Shown here in pieces: positions 1 through 9,148 of a stretch of DNA of 24,893 bases. How positions within the stretch are numbered: position 1 is the first letter of the stretch; every line of letters starts with the position of its first letter. The stretch covers positions 1 through 24,893 of the forward strand of contig JAFGOA010000199.1 of the NCBI GenBank assembly GCA_016926735.1. Reading direction: 5' to 3'. The position numbers and the translations under genes are program-made. The stretch comes from Promethearchaeota archaeon. Its GTDB lineage: Archaea; Asgardarchaeota; Lokiarchaeia; Sigyniarchaeales; SOKP01. Below the pieces are notes generated by a model, which was not told where the DNA came from, made no database searches, and saw only the letters and a list, made by a program, of their open reading frames with translations.

Positions 1-85
1 CTTTTTGAAAAAAAAAGATTAATAATTAGAATAGAAATTGGTGATTTTTATAAAAATTACTAGATTTTTATAAATAATTTGAAGG

Positions 86-1342
86 TTAACTCTCAGAATA
101 TTCTAATTTAAATATTTTATCATTTTTTTTTACTGGGTAATCTACTTTAATACCAACAGCTATTCTATTTTCGACTGTATTAACAAATGGAGTTTCAGTT
201 AAATTCTTTTTTTGTTGGATTTGTAAAGAATTAATTTTTTGATGCAAATAGGTATCCGTGTGAGTTCCAATAATGAAAATTTCATCCCCTAACTTTAATT
301 TTCCTTTTGATAAAAGAATTTTAGCTGCTTTTATATTTGGAAAATAACTTAAAACTTTTCCAATATGAACTTTTTTATATTTTGAAACGTTACCATCATT
401 TTCTCTTTGAATTTCACTCCCTTTGGGAAAATCGAAAAAGAATCCTGTAGAAAATCCTCTATTATATACTTTTTTAAGTCGATTTAGCCAGTTCTCTATT
501 TTAGTTTGACTAAGACGATTATCATAATAGGCGTCAATGGCTTCCCGATAACAAGCTGTTGTTTCCTCAATATAAATTGGATCTCTCATTCTTCCTTCAA
601 TTTTAAAAACATCAATTCCGGTATTAATTAAGTCAGGGATATATTCAATCATGCATAAATCTTTTGTATTGATAAAGAAAGCTCCATCATATAGAAATTC
701 GTTATTGTTATCATCAATAACACGCCATTTCCTTCGACAGGGTTGAACACATTTACCTCGATTTGCCGAATAATCTTGTGTTTTGCAGATTTCTGCTGAA
801 AAATAGCATCTACCAGAAATAGCAGTACATTGAGCGCCATGAACAAATGTTTCTATTTTTGCTTTTGTTAATTTAGTTTTAATTTCTTTTATTTGATTAA
901 GTGATAATTCTCGAGCTAGAATCAATGTTGATGCTCCAAGATCTTCATAAAATTTAGCAGTTTTTGAATTTGATATATTAGCTTGCGTTGAAATATGGAA
1001 ATCAAGATCTCTATCTTTTATTAATTGAATTGCTCCGATATCTTGTACAATTATTGAATCAATTTCTGCTTCAATTGCTTTATCTAAGATCTTCTCCAAA
1101 CTTACAAGTTCATTTTCATAGATAATTATGTTAGTAGTAAGATGGGCTTTAATATTATTATCATGACATTTTTTTACAATCTGATTTAATTCATCCAATT
1201 TAAAATTATCACTAAATTGTCTCATGCTAAACGATTCTAATCCAAAATAAACAGCATCAGCATTTCCTAATACGGCATTTAGCGATTTTTCATTTTTTAA
1301 GGGTACTAAAAGTTCAACCTTATTTCTATTTTTATACATCAT
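86..1342 (-). CDS. Peptidase U32 family protein (TrhP/RlhA-like Fe-S dependent RNA hydroxylase)
   Basis: N-terminal ELLVP..ADAVYFG..FSMR; HISTQAN, ILARELS, ETFVHGAQCTAISGRC, NRGKCVQPCRR (four Cys for [4Fe-4S]), KIEGRMR; C-terminal beta-barrel (LKLGDEIFIIG). Confidence 0.9.
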   Translation of the reverse strand: MMYKNRNKVELLVPLKNEKSLNAVLGNADAVYFGLESFSMRQFSDNFKLDELNQIVKKCHDNNIKAHLTTNIIIYENELVSLEKILDKAIEAEIDSIIVQDIGAIQLIKDRDLDFHISTQANISNSKTAKFYEDLGASTLILARELSLNQIKEIKTKLTKAKIETFVHGAQCTAISGRCYFSAEICKTQDYSANRGKCVQPCRRKWRVIDDNNNEFLYDGAFFINTKDLCMIEYIPDLINTGIDVFKIEGRMRDPIYIEETTACYREAIDAYYDNRLSQTKIENWLNRLKKVYNRGFSTGFFFDFPKGSEIQRENDGNVSKYKKVHIGKVLSYFPNIKAAKILLSKGKLKLGDEIFIIGTHTDTYLHQKINSLQIQQKKNLTETPFVNTVENRIAVGIKVDYPVKKNDKIFKLEYSES

Positions 1343-1609
1343 AGTAGTTTTGAATTAAGTAGTATTCTTTCATTATATTAAAATCAATTTTTTCTTAATA
1401 GATTATTCCTATGATCATAATATAGTTTTGAAAATAATTTATTAAGGATATATTATCTGTTTATATACTTATACATAATTTTTTGATATTTTTAATCAAG
1501 ATCCTATAATAATTTTGAATAGTTGATTAATAATTATTATAAAAAAAAATATTAGATATTCTAATTTAAACAATATAAGTGAAAAGAGTGAAAAAATAAA
1601 ATAGTAGAA

Positions 1610-2743
1610 ATGATATATAAAGATGAAAAACCAGCAATTTTAATGCTTCAAGATGGAAGATATTTTCAAGGAATTGGTTTTGGTGCATCTAAAATAATTA
1701 CTGGTGAACTTGTATTTAATACCATGACAGGTGCGGGTTATAACGAAACTTTAACAGATCCATCTTATCAAGGTCAAATTGTTGTAATGACACATCCATT
1801 AATAGGTAATTATGGAGTACCTGCATGGGAGAAAGATGAGTTTGGTCTTACAAAATATTTTGAATCTGATTCTATAAAAGTGAGTGGATTTGTAGTTAAT
1901 GAATGCTGTAAAGAACCAAGTCATTATGAAAGTGTGAAGACTTTAGATGACTTTTTACAAGAACAGAATATACCCGGAATCGAATGGATTGACACGAGAG
2001 CAATTACAAAGATTCTAAGATCAGAAGGTGTTCAAATAGGATTATTAGCTGTATATGATCTTGATGCAAAACCAGATATTGAGGACTTAAGATCTATTGT
2101 AAATAAGGCAGAAGATCCTAATATTAGGCATTTAGCAAGTGAAGTCTCAACTAAAGAAGTAAAGAAATATACTCCTTCTAATCCTAAAGGAACTGTTGTA
2201 ATTTTAGATCTTGGGGTAAAATACAATATTATAAGAAATTTTTTGAGTAGAAATATAGACACAATAGTCGTACCATATAATTACTCATATGAAGAAATAA
2301 TGACCTTTAAACCTGATGGAGTTTTTATCTCCAATGGTCCAGGAGATCCAAAAGTTTATACTGAAGCTATTGAAACTTGTAAAAAATTCATTAATAACAA
2401 TATCCCGATGTTTGGAATATGTTTAGGGAATCAAATAATTGGATTAGCAGCAGGAGGGATTTCTTATAAATTAAAATATGGTCATCGTGGAGGAAATAAG
2501 ACTGTAATAAACATTGATACACAAAAATGCTACATTACGTCCCAAAACCATGGTTTTTGCGTGAAAGATTTTGAAAAGGGTGGATTTAAAGAATTTCTTA
2601 AAAATATTGATGATAATTCAAATGAAGGTATTGTTCATAATAATAAACCTATTTTAGCTGTTCAATTCCATCCAGAAGCAGCTCCAGGTCCCATGGACTC
2701 TACATATTTATTTGATGAATTTATAAAATTAATGGAGATATAA
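1610..2743 (+). CDS. carA: Carbamoyl-phosphate synthase small (glutaminase) subunit
   Basis: GELVFNT, LTDPSYQGQI, PLIGNYGVP, ISNGPGDP, FGICLGNQ (catalytic Cys), GHRGGN, TSQNHGF, QFHPEAAPGP (His-Glu). Confidence 0.97.
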   Translation: MIYKDEKPAILMLQDGRYFQGIGFGASKIITGELVFNTMTGAGYNETLTDPSYQGQIVVMTHPLIGNYGVPAWEKDEFGLTKYFESDSIKVSGFVVNECCKEPSHYESVKTLDDFLQEQNIPGIEWIDTRAITKILRSEGVQIGLLAVYDLDAKPDIEDLRSIVNKAEDPNIRHLASEVSTKEVKKYTPSNPKGTVVILDLGVKYNIIRNFLSRNIDTIVVPYNYSYEEIMTFKPDGVFISNGPGDPKVYTEAIETCKKFINNNIPMFGICLGNQIIGLAAGGISYKLKYGHRGGNKTVINIDTQKCYITSQNHGFCVKDFEKGGFKEFLKNIDDNSNEGIVHNNKPILAVQFHPEAAPGPMDSTYLFDEFIKLMEI

Positions 2744-2745
2744 TT

Positions 2746-5700
2746 ATGCCTTTAAATAAATCAATTAGAAAAGCTTTAGTATTAGGCTCAGGGGGAATTA
2801 GAATAGGTCAAGCAGGAGAATTTGATTATTCTGGATCACAAGTTCTAAAAGCACTAAAAGAAGAAGGAATAGAAACAATTCTTATAAATCCAAATATAGC
2901 TACAATACAGACAGACATTACTATGTCGGATAAATTATATCTTCTACCACTTACCTTAAAATATGTTGAAAAAATAATCGAAAAAGAGCGCCCTGATGGA
3001 ATTTTATTAGCTTTTGGAGGTCAAACTGCTTTAAATGTAGGTGTAGAGCTTGCTGAGCAAGGAATTCTGGAAAAATATAATATCCGTGTTCTAGGAACAC
3101 CAATAGAAGCAATTCAAGCTACAGAAGATAGAGAATTATTTGTAAAAGCTATGGAAGAATCTAAGGCACCTGTTTGTAAAAGCAAAGCAGTGACTTCTTA
3201 TAAGGAAGGAATAAAAGTTGTAAATGAATATGGATTTCCTTTGATGATTCGTGTAGCATATACTTTAGGTGGGCGAGGTTCAGGGATAGTAAAAAATTTA
3301 AAAGAGTTTGAGAAAAAAGCTCGAAAAGGGTTAGCACAATCTAGAATTAACCAGATATTAATAGAGGAAAGTGTTTGGGGTTGGAAAGAAATTGAATATG
3401 AAGTAGTCAGAGATGCTGCAGATAATTGTTTTATAAATTGTAATATGGAAAATTTTGATCCTGTTGGAATTCACACAGGAGAGAGTATTGTAATTGCTCC
3501 TTCTCAAACCTTAACAAATGAAGAATATCAAATGCTTCGATCAGCTTCAATTAGAGTTATACGTAATTTAGGTATTATTGGAGAATGTAATATTCAATAT
3601 GCTCTTCATCCTACATCAAAAGAATTCCGCGTTATTGAAGTAAATGCAAGATTATCACGTTCCTCAGCCCTAGCTTCTAAAGCTACAGGATATCCTTTAG
3701 CTTACATAGCGGCAAAATTAGCTATAGGGTTTAATTTACCTGAATTAAAAAACAAAATAACTGGTATCACCACTGCCTGTTTTGAGCCCGCATTAGACTA
3801 TCTAGTATTGAAAATACCTAGATGGGATATGACCAAATTTCAACGGGTTGATCGTCGTATTGGTAGTCAAATGAAGAGTGTTGGAGAAGTTATGGCTATT
3901 GGGAGAACATTCGAGGAAGTTCTACAAAAAGCTATAAGAATGTTGGATGTGGGAATGAAAGGAGTTGTTGCAAACGATTTAGAGACAGTTCAAGATATAA
4001 ATGAATTAAAATTTCGATTAAGAAATCCTACTGATTTAAGGATATTTAGGATTGTTGAGGCAATAAAAAACGGAATCTCAATCGATGAGATATATGAACG
4101 ATCAAGAGTAGATAAATGGTTTCTATACAAAATTAAAAATATTATAGATATTGAAAATAAACTAGAAAAAATAAATTTTTTAGAAGATAAGGAAGATTAT
4201 AAGCAATATTGGTTTGAAAGGGCTAAAAGATTTGGTTTTAGCGATGGTCAAATCTCTAAAATTATGAATATAAATACAATTACAATCAGAAGGATATTGA
4301 GAAGGAAATATCAAATTAGACCTTTTGTAAAAAGAATCGATACATTAGCAGCAGAATGGCCTGCTTCTACTAATTATTTATATTTAACTTATGGGGGTTC
4401 TGAACATGATATTAATTTTGATAAAGAAAATGGAGAAAAAATGAGGAAAATAATAGTATTAGGTTCAGGAACTTACCGTATTGGAGCTTCTGTAGAATTT
4501 GATTGGGGTTCTGTTAATTGTCTATGGGGATTACAGAAGCAAGGAATAGATCAAGCAATTATGATTAATTATAATCCAGAAACTGTTAGTACCGATTTTG
4601 ATATAAGTCAAAAACTTTATTTTGAAGAACTTTCAGGAGAACGAGTACTTGATATATGTGAACTCGAAAAAGCTGAGGGTATTATTGTATCTGTAGGAGG
4701 ACAAATAGCTCAAAATCTTGCTGCCAAATTTTCTAAATATTCTGAATTTTTTAGAAAAGTAAATCTAAATATTCTTGGGACTCATGGAAGTAGGATTGAT
4801 ATGGCTGAAGACCGATCTAAATTCAGTAATTTATTAGATCAATTGAATATTAAACAACCGAAATGGAGTATGCTAGTAAAAAAAGAGAAAGCTCTTGAAT
4901 TTGCTAATAAAGTGGGATATCCAGTTTTAGTAAGACCGTCATATGTATTAAGTGGTGCGGCAATGAGAGTTTCTTATGATGAAAAAACGCTAAAAGATAC
5001 TCTTGATCTTGCTGCAGCAGTATCTAATGAATTTCCAGTAGTAATAACAAAGTTTTTTAGAGGAGCTAGAGAGATTGAGGCTGATGGTGTATGTGATGGA
5101 ATAAATGTTTTTATTGGTGCTATTGTAGAACATATTGAAAATGCAGGTGTACATAGTGGAGATGCTACGATGTCAATACCGCCCCAAACGATATCTAAAA
5201 AGGTTATAACAACTATTGAAGATAACACAAAAAAAATTGCTTTAGCTCTGAAAATAAGGGGCCCTTTTAATATACAATATTTAGTAAAGGAAGAAAATGT
5301 CTATGTTATTGAATGTAATCTTAGATCAAGTAGAAGTATGCCTTATGTTTCAAAAACTAGAGGAATAAATTTAATGAGACTTGCATCAGAAGTTTTTATG
5401 GGAAAAAGCATTCCAGAAAGGCTTTTAAATTTACCTTATGGAGATTTTGTATCAATAAAAGCACCAATGTTTTCTTTTATGAGATTGGATAAAGCAGATC
5501 CAATTTTAGGGGTAGAAATGGCTTCTACAGGAGAAGTTGCCTGTATAGGAGATGATTTTTCTGATGCATTAATAAAATCATTAGAAGCAGCAGAACTAAA
5601 TATTCCTATGAATGGCGGAAATGTATTAATTTCAGTAGGAGGAAAAGAATTAAAGAAAAAAATAGTGCCATTAGCTCAAACACTAAAAGACTTGGGATTT

Positions 5701-6060
5701 ACAATATTTGCAACCCAAGATACTGCTTCTGTACTTAAAGAAAATGGCATTTATGCAGTAAGACTCTACAAGGTTAGAGAATATGATCAAGAACCAAATA
5801 TTATGGGATGCCTTCAAAATGGAGCAATTGATTTAGTCATTAACATACCTGTTCCCACATCCTTTAAAGAAAAATTCCGTGAAATTATGGATGATGAGTA
5901 TAAAATAAGAAGGATGGCAGTGGATTATAATCTTCCAGTTATTATAAATTTAGAACTTGCTGAAGCATTAGTTAATGCGATAAAAAATATGAAAAATAAA
6001 GAGATTTCAATAAAATCAATTAATGATTATCATAAAACATTAAAGGAAATATATTGGTAA
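2746..6060 (+). CDS. carB: Carbamoyl-phosphate synthase large subunit
   Basis: GSGGIRIGQAGEFDYSGSQ, duplicated ATP-grasp halves (GIHTGESI / GVHSGDA; IEVNARLSRSSALASKATGYP / IECNLRSSRS), C-terminal MGS-like domain; starts 2 nt after the carA stop. Confidence 0.98.
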   Translation: MPLNKSIRKALVLGSGGIRIGQAGEFDYSGSQVLKALKEEGIETILINPNIATIQTDITMSDKLYLLPLTLKYVEKIIEKERPDGILLAFGGQTALNVGVELAEQGILEKYNIRVLGTPIEAIQATEDRELFVKAMEESKAPVCKSKAVTSYKEGIKVVNEYGFPLMIRVAYTLGGRGSGIVKNLKEFEKKARKGLAQSRINQILIEESVWGWKEIEYEVVRDAADNCFINCNMENFDPVGIHTGESIVIAPSQTLTNEEYQMLRSASIRVIRNLGIIGECNIQYALHPTSKEFRVIEVNARLSRSSALASKATGYPLAYIAAKLAIGFNLPELKNKITGITTACFEPALDYLVLKIPRWDMTKFQRVDRRIGSQMKSVGEVMAIGRTFEEVLQKAIRMLDVGMKGVVANDLETVQDINELKFRLRNPTDLRIFRIVEAIKNGISIDEIYERSRVDKWFLYKIKNIIDIENKLEKINFLEDKEDYKQYWFERAKRFGFSDGQISKIMNINTITIRRILRRKYQIRPFVKRIDTLAAEWPASTNYLYLTYGGSEHDINFDKENGEKMRKIIVLGSGTYRIGASVEFDWGSVNCLWGLQKQGIDQAIMINYNPETVSTDFDISQKLYFEELSGERVLDICELEKAEGIIVSVGGQIAQNLAAKFSKYSEFFRKVNLNILGTHGSRIDMAEDRSKFSNLLDQLNIKQPKWSMLVKKEKALEFANKVGYPVLVRPSYVLSGAAMRVSYDEKTLKDTLDLAAAVSNEFPVVITKFFRGAREIEADGVCDGINVFIGAIVEHIENAGVHSGDATMSIPPQTISKKVITTIEDNTKKIALALKIRGPFNIQYLVKEENVYVIECNLRSSRSMPYVSKTRGINLMRLASEVFMGKSIPERLLNLPYGDFVSIKAPMFSFMRLDKADPILGVEMASTGEVACIGDDFSDALIKSLEAAELNIPMNGGNVLISVGGKELKKKIVPLAQTLKDLGFTIFATQDTASVLKENGIYAVRLYKVREYDQEPNIMGCLQNGAIDLVINIPVPTSFKEKFREIMDDEYKIRRMAVDYNLPVIINLELAEALVNAIKNMKNKEISIKSINDYHKTLKEIYW

Positions 6061-6080
6061 TTTTTTTAAACTTTTTTTTT
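6061..6080 (+). terminator. Archaeal oligo-T terminator candidate after carB
   Basis: T7-AAAC-T9 immediately after the carB stop; convergent gene follows. Confidence 0.55.
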
Positions 6081-6127
6081 AAATGACATTATTTAATTCA
6101 TTGGAAAATAAGAGAATTATAGAGCTT

Positions 6128-6397
6128 TTAACAATTTAAAGTTATATAAATCTGCAAATTATCCTCAATTACAGAAAAATTAAGTCCTATCTCGCTAAAT
6201 AGTTGAAATAATATTAATATAAAAGGTTTTATTAAATCTTTTTTCTGAAAGGTAAATCTGAAACTATATGAAGATTCCTTTCTGATTAAACAATAAGGAT
6301 TGCTGAATCTATTTAGATTATTATTAATATTTTTTTGAAGAAATCTTTCACAAGCTTCAAAAAAACTATAACTCTTTATTGATTTTGTCAAACTCAA
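6128..6397 (-). CDS. Small hypothetical protein (89 aa)
   Basis: Fills the gap between carB and the TPR gene without overlap; TTG start with AAGTGA just upstream; no recognisable motif. Confidence 0.45.
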   Translation of the reverse strand: MSLTKSIKSYSFFEACERFLQKNINNNLNRFSNPYCLIRKESSYSFRFTFQKKDLIKPFILILFQLFSEIGLNFSVIEDNLQIYITLNC

Positions 6398-6537
6398 TTC
6401 ATTTCACTTATAGATGACTTCAATTTCTTATGGATTATATAATAAAGCTATATTATTAACCAAATGTAGTATTATGTAAAAAGATTTAGATCTAACTATA
6501 TAAACTCGTTTTCTTTTTATTTTCAACTAGATTACAA

Positions 6538-8733
6538 TTAGAGAGGAAAATCATTTTTTACAAGGGTGTCTATTTGTAAATGAACACTATCAGATATTTC
6601 AATAAAGGAGTTTATTGCTAAATTAATAAAAGATAATATATTTTCCTTATTGAAAAAAGTTTGAATAAAATTATTAAGATTAGAGGTAGCTCGAGAATAA
6701 CTACCTTTAAATACATATCCAAATATCATTGTATCACTAACTTGAAATATAATTTGATAATCTCCATGTTTTATTCGATCAATCGTTCCAGAAGGAGAAA
6801 ATGCTTCTTTTCCAAACATATTAATTGCCGAAATAAATCCTGCTACAAGGTCTTCATTAAGAATCATTTTTTGGAATGATTTACTATATAAGCATCTACC
6901 ATCACGAGAACTCAGAATTACTAAATAAACAGGATAATCCTGATTTGCTTTTTTTATATCATTAATTTTTTTATCTACTAATTTAGTAAACAAGAAATCT
7001 TGTCTTGAATTTGCTATCCTTTCTTGAAGGGAGTTATTATTTTGTTTATCTTTCCAATTTTTTGTTTCTTTTGATACAGATTCATAAGCATCTAATATTT
7101 TCTTGGCTAATCTTTCATATCCTTGATCATTTGCTATATTCTCAGCTTTTGATAATAATATTTTGGCATTATCTATTTCTAATTTTAATATTGATATTTT
7201 GGCCATAAAAAAATATGTTTTTGCTAATAATTCGTATAAAAATTGAGATTTTGCAATTTGAAGTAGTTTTTCATTCAATTCTTCTATTTCTTTAAGAATC
7301 TTCTCATCTCCAGTTATTTCTAATTCATCTATTAATATTTCACATAGATTTGTCATTGCTTCAACAGTTATTTCATAATCAATTATTTCTTCCTGAGTTA
7401 TTTTCCTTAAAATCGCTCCTGCTTCCATTTTTTCCATAAGACGATCACTTATTTTTAAAAAGAGAGCTCTATCTAATCGATATAATTGTTTAAATTGTTT
7501 CATTTCAGGATATTGTGTTCTTAATTTATCCAATTCTTCTATATAGAAATTGACAAGATTATATTCTTTACTTCTAATTAAAATAGCAATTAATCCATGT
7601 AGAGTTTTTGATATTGATACATTAAAGTTTTGATAATGGAAGATATAACCTTCTTTATCTTTTAATAGATCTATTGCTTCTGTTAAATATTTTTTTGCAG
7701 TTTCTAAATCTCCAAGTTCTCCATAAATTCTTCCAATAATTGTAAGATAAGCTGGTTTAGAAACTTGATCTTCTTTAATTCCCGGTTTTTCTAAGATATT
7801 ATTAAAATAATCTAATCCTTCTTTTAATTCTCCTTTTTGGATATAAATATTCCCAATTGTATAATAAGATTGGGCTAATAGATAAGTATATTTACTTGCA
7901 ATTCTATTTGTTAAACTTTTTTGAAAATATATTAAGGCTTCATCTAAAAATCCTTTTTTATTTAAGCAATGCCCTATAATATCATAACAATTAGAACTTG
8001 AGTGAATATATCCATATTTTTCAGAAATGCTTAGTCCTCTTTCTGCATATGCCTTAGCTTTATCCAAATTTCGGAGATGATATTCAATTCCACCTAAATG
8101 AATTAAGCTCCAGATTATTCCAACCTCACAATTTATTTCTTCAGCAAGAGAAAGACTAGTGTTAAGATTATTTTTCGCTTTTTCAAATTTGCCTATGGAC
8201 ATTAATAATGAACCAGAATTAACTAAAGACCATAACATTCCATATTTATAATCTACATTTTTTCTTAATTCATAACTTTCTTCCATAAGCTTGATTGCTT
8301 TATGTACCTTACCTTTTTCAGCAAAGATCCGACCCATTAAAAATTTTATATATGCCTTTCTCTTAATAATTTCAATATTATCTAATTTCTGAATTGATTG
8401 ATTTAATAATTTGAATGCTTTATGTAAGAGAATTCTACCTTTATTGAGATATCCAAGACAAACCACATTCTCAACTTTCCCAAGTATACCATCAATTATT
8501 CCAAGAATATGTTCATTTTTTTCTGAAAATTTTATTTGTTCATCTGCGATTTTTACCCCTTTTATGAACATACCCTCATCAAGAGAGATAAATATACGAG
8601 CATATTTTTTAAGTATACGCTCATCATTAGATAGTTGTCTTTGTTTTTTTATAGAATTAATTAGGGATAAGGCTTCTTTAAATTTACCCAAAGAAATGTT
8701 TTCAGTGATTTCAGTATTTATATCGATATACAT
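6538..8733 (-). CDS. Tetratricopeptide-repeat protein with C-terminal longin-like domain
   Basis: Multiple TPR-like units (e.g. LAQSYYTIGNIYIQKGELKEGLDYF, IIGRIYGELGDLETAKKYL). The last ~130 aa (PVYLVILSSRDGRCLYSKSF..LVAGFISAINMFGKE..IDRIKHGDYQIIF..IFGYVF) has a longin-like beta-beta-alpha-beta-beta-beta-alpha pattern. Confidence 0.85.
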   Translation of the reverse strand: MYIDINTEITENISLGKFKEALSLINSIKKQRQLSNDERILKKYARIFISLDEGMFIKGVKIADEQIKFSEKNEHILGIIDGILGKVENVVCLGYLNKGRILLHKAFKLLNQSIQKLDNIEIIKRKAYIKFLMGRIFAEKGKVHKAIKLMEESYELRKNVDYKYGMLWSLVNSGSLLMSIGKFEKAKNNLNTSLSLAEEINCEVGIIWSLIHLGGIEYHLRNLDKAKAYAERGLSISEKYGYIHSSSNCYDIIGHCLNKKGFLDEALIYFQKSLTNRIASKYTYLLAQSYYTIGNIYIQKGELKEGLDYFNNILEKPGIKEDQVSKPAYLTIIGRIYGELGDLETAKKYLTEAIDLLKDKEGYIFHYQNFNVSISKTLHGLIAILIRSKEYNLVNFYIEELDKLRTQYPEMKQFKQLYRLDRALFLKISDRLMEKMEAGAILRKITQEEIIDYEITVEAMTNLCEILIDELEITGDEKILKEIEELNEKLLQIAKSQFLYELLAKTYFFMAKISILKLEIDNAKILLSKAENIANDQGYERLAKKILDAYESVSKETKNWKDKQNNNSLQERIANSRQDFLFTKLVDKKINDIKKANQDYPVYLVILSSRDGRCLYSKSFQKMILNEDLVAGFISAINMFGKEAFSPSGTIDRIKHGDYQIIFQVSDTMIFGYVFKGSYSRATSNLNNFIQTFFNKENILSFINLAINSFIEISDSVHLQIDTLVKNDFPL

Positions 8734-8858
8734 AATTCTTTTACTAAAATATGAATAACTAAAAAAATAATAAAGTAAAAATATTTAATATTTAGCTATT
8801 TTAAAGCAAGTTTATATCTGATACAGAAAAATAAAAAAAAATAATAAAATTTAAATTA

Positions 8859-8874
8859 AAATTGATATCAATTT
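8859..8874. promoter_or_regulatory. 16-bp perfect palindrome AAATTGATATCAATTT, possible operator
   Basis: Seen directly in the divergent intergenic region between the TPR gene and the leader/ilvE unit; binding protein unknown. Confidence 0.35.
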
Positions 8875-8925
8875 CACTTTTGTTCCAAAGATCTATGGGA
8901 AAAACTACCCAAAAAATTGTATAAT

Positions 8926-8933
8926 TTTAAATA
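8926..8933 (+). promoter_or_regulatory. Candidate TATA box (TTTAAATA) for the leader-ilvE transcript
   Basis: Lies at -30 to -23 from ATG 8956, the usual archaeal spacing for a leaderless or short-leader start. The AT-rich background weakens this. Confidence 0.3.
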
Positions 8934-8955
8934 AAATATAGGATTGATATAATTA

Positions 8956-9045
8956 ATGACCTTAATGAATACTAAAACGGAAAAAAATGTTTTTAACTAT
9001 TTAGCTGTAGCTCTAGCTGCCGCTATCGCCGTAGTAGTATTCTAA
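8956..9045 (+). CDS. Putative leader peptide (29 aa, MTLMNTKTEKNVFNYLAVALAAAIAVVVF; alternative start 8965) upstream of ilvE
   Basis: Hand-translated. Codons at 9001-9039 are tta gct gta gct cta gct gcc gct atc gcc gta gta gta, i.e. 13 consecutive L/A/V/I. 21 of 45 nt in 9001-9045 are G/C inside a very AT-rich intergenic region. Stop is 148 nt before the ilvE ATG. Confidence 0.7.
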   Translation: MTLMNTKTEKNVFNYLAVALAAAIAVVVF

Positions 9046-9148
9046 GTCAAGATAACTTTTCCTGACTTTTTCTAATAATTATTATTATGGATATTTTATC
9101 TTGATTTTTAAAAATGATTCTAATTAGCTAAGGTCAGGTAATAAAAGT
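9044..9148 (+). promoter_or_regulatory. Attenuator-like structured leader RNA with competing helices and U-tracts
   Basis: Complementary segments: 9044-9049/9063-9068; 9044-9055/9096-9107 (12 bp, 1 G-U); 9061-9069/9130-9138 plus 9055-9060/9143-9148. U-tracts at 9057-60, 9067-71, 9094-97 and 9105-09. Confidence 0.55.

Noticed and set aside
649-846. 65-aa same-strand alternate-frame ORF
   Set aside because: Nested within the conserved U32 gene; no motif.
1410-1425. uORF MIII* and TATGATCATA palindrome upstream of carA (arginine-attenuator-peptide analogue?)
   Set aside because: Only 4 codons, no similarity to the fungal CPA1 peptide; a 10-bp AT-rich palindrome is expected by chance.
2032-5228. 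Antisense ORFs 2032-2262 and 4974-5228
   Set aside because: Shadows of carA/carB with antisense-type composition.
6661-8758. Plus-strand ORFs 6661-6879, 7005-7208 and 8411-8758
   Set aside because: Antisense to the TPR gene; no independent support.
9002-9039. TAGCT x3 and GTA x3 as a microsatellite or CRISPR remnant
   Set aside because: Too short, no spacers; they arise from in-frame Ala/Val codons.
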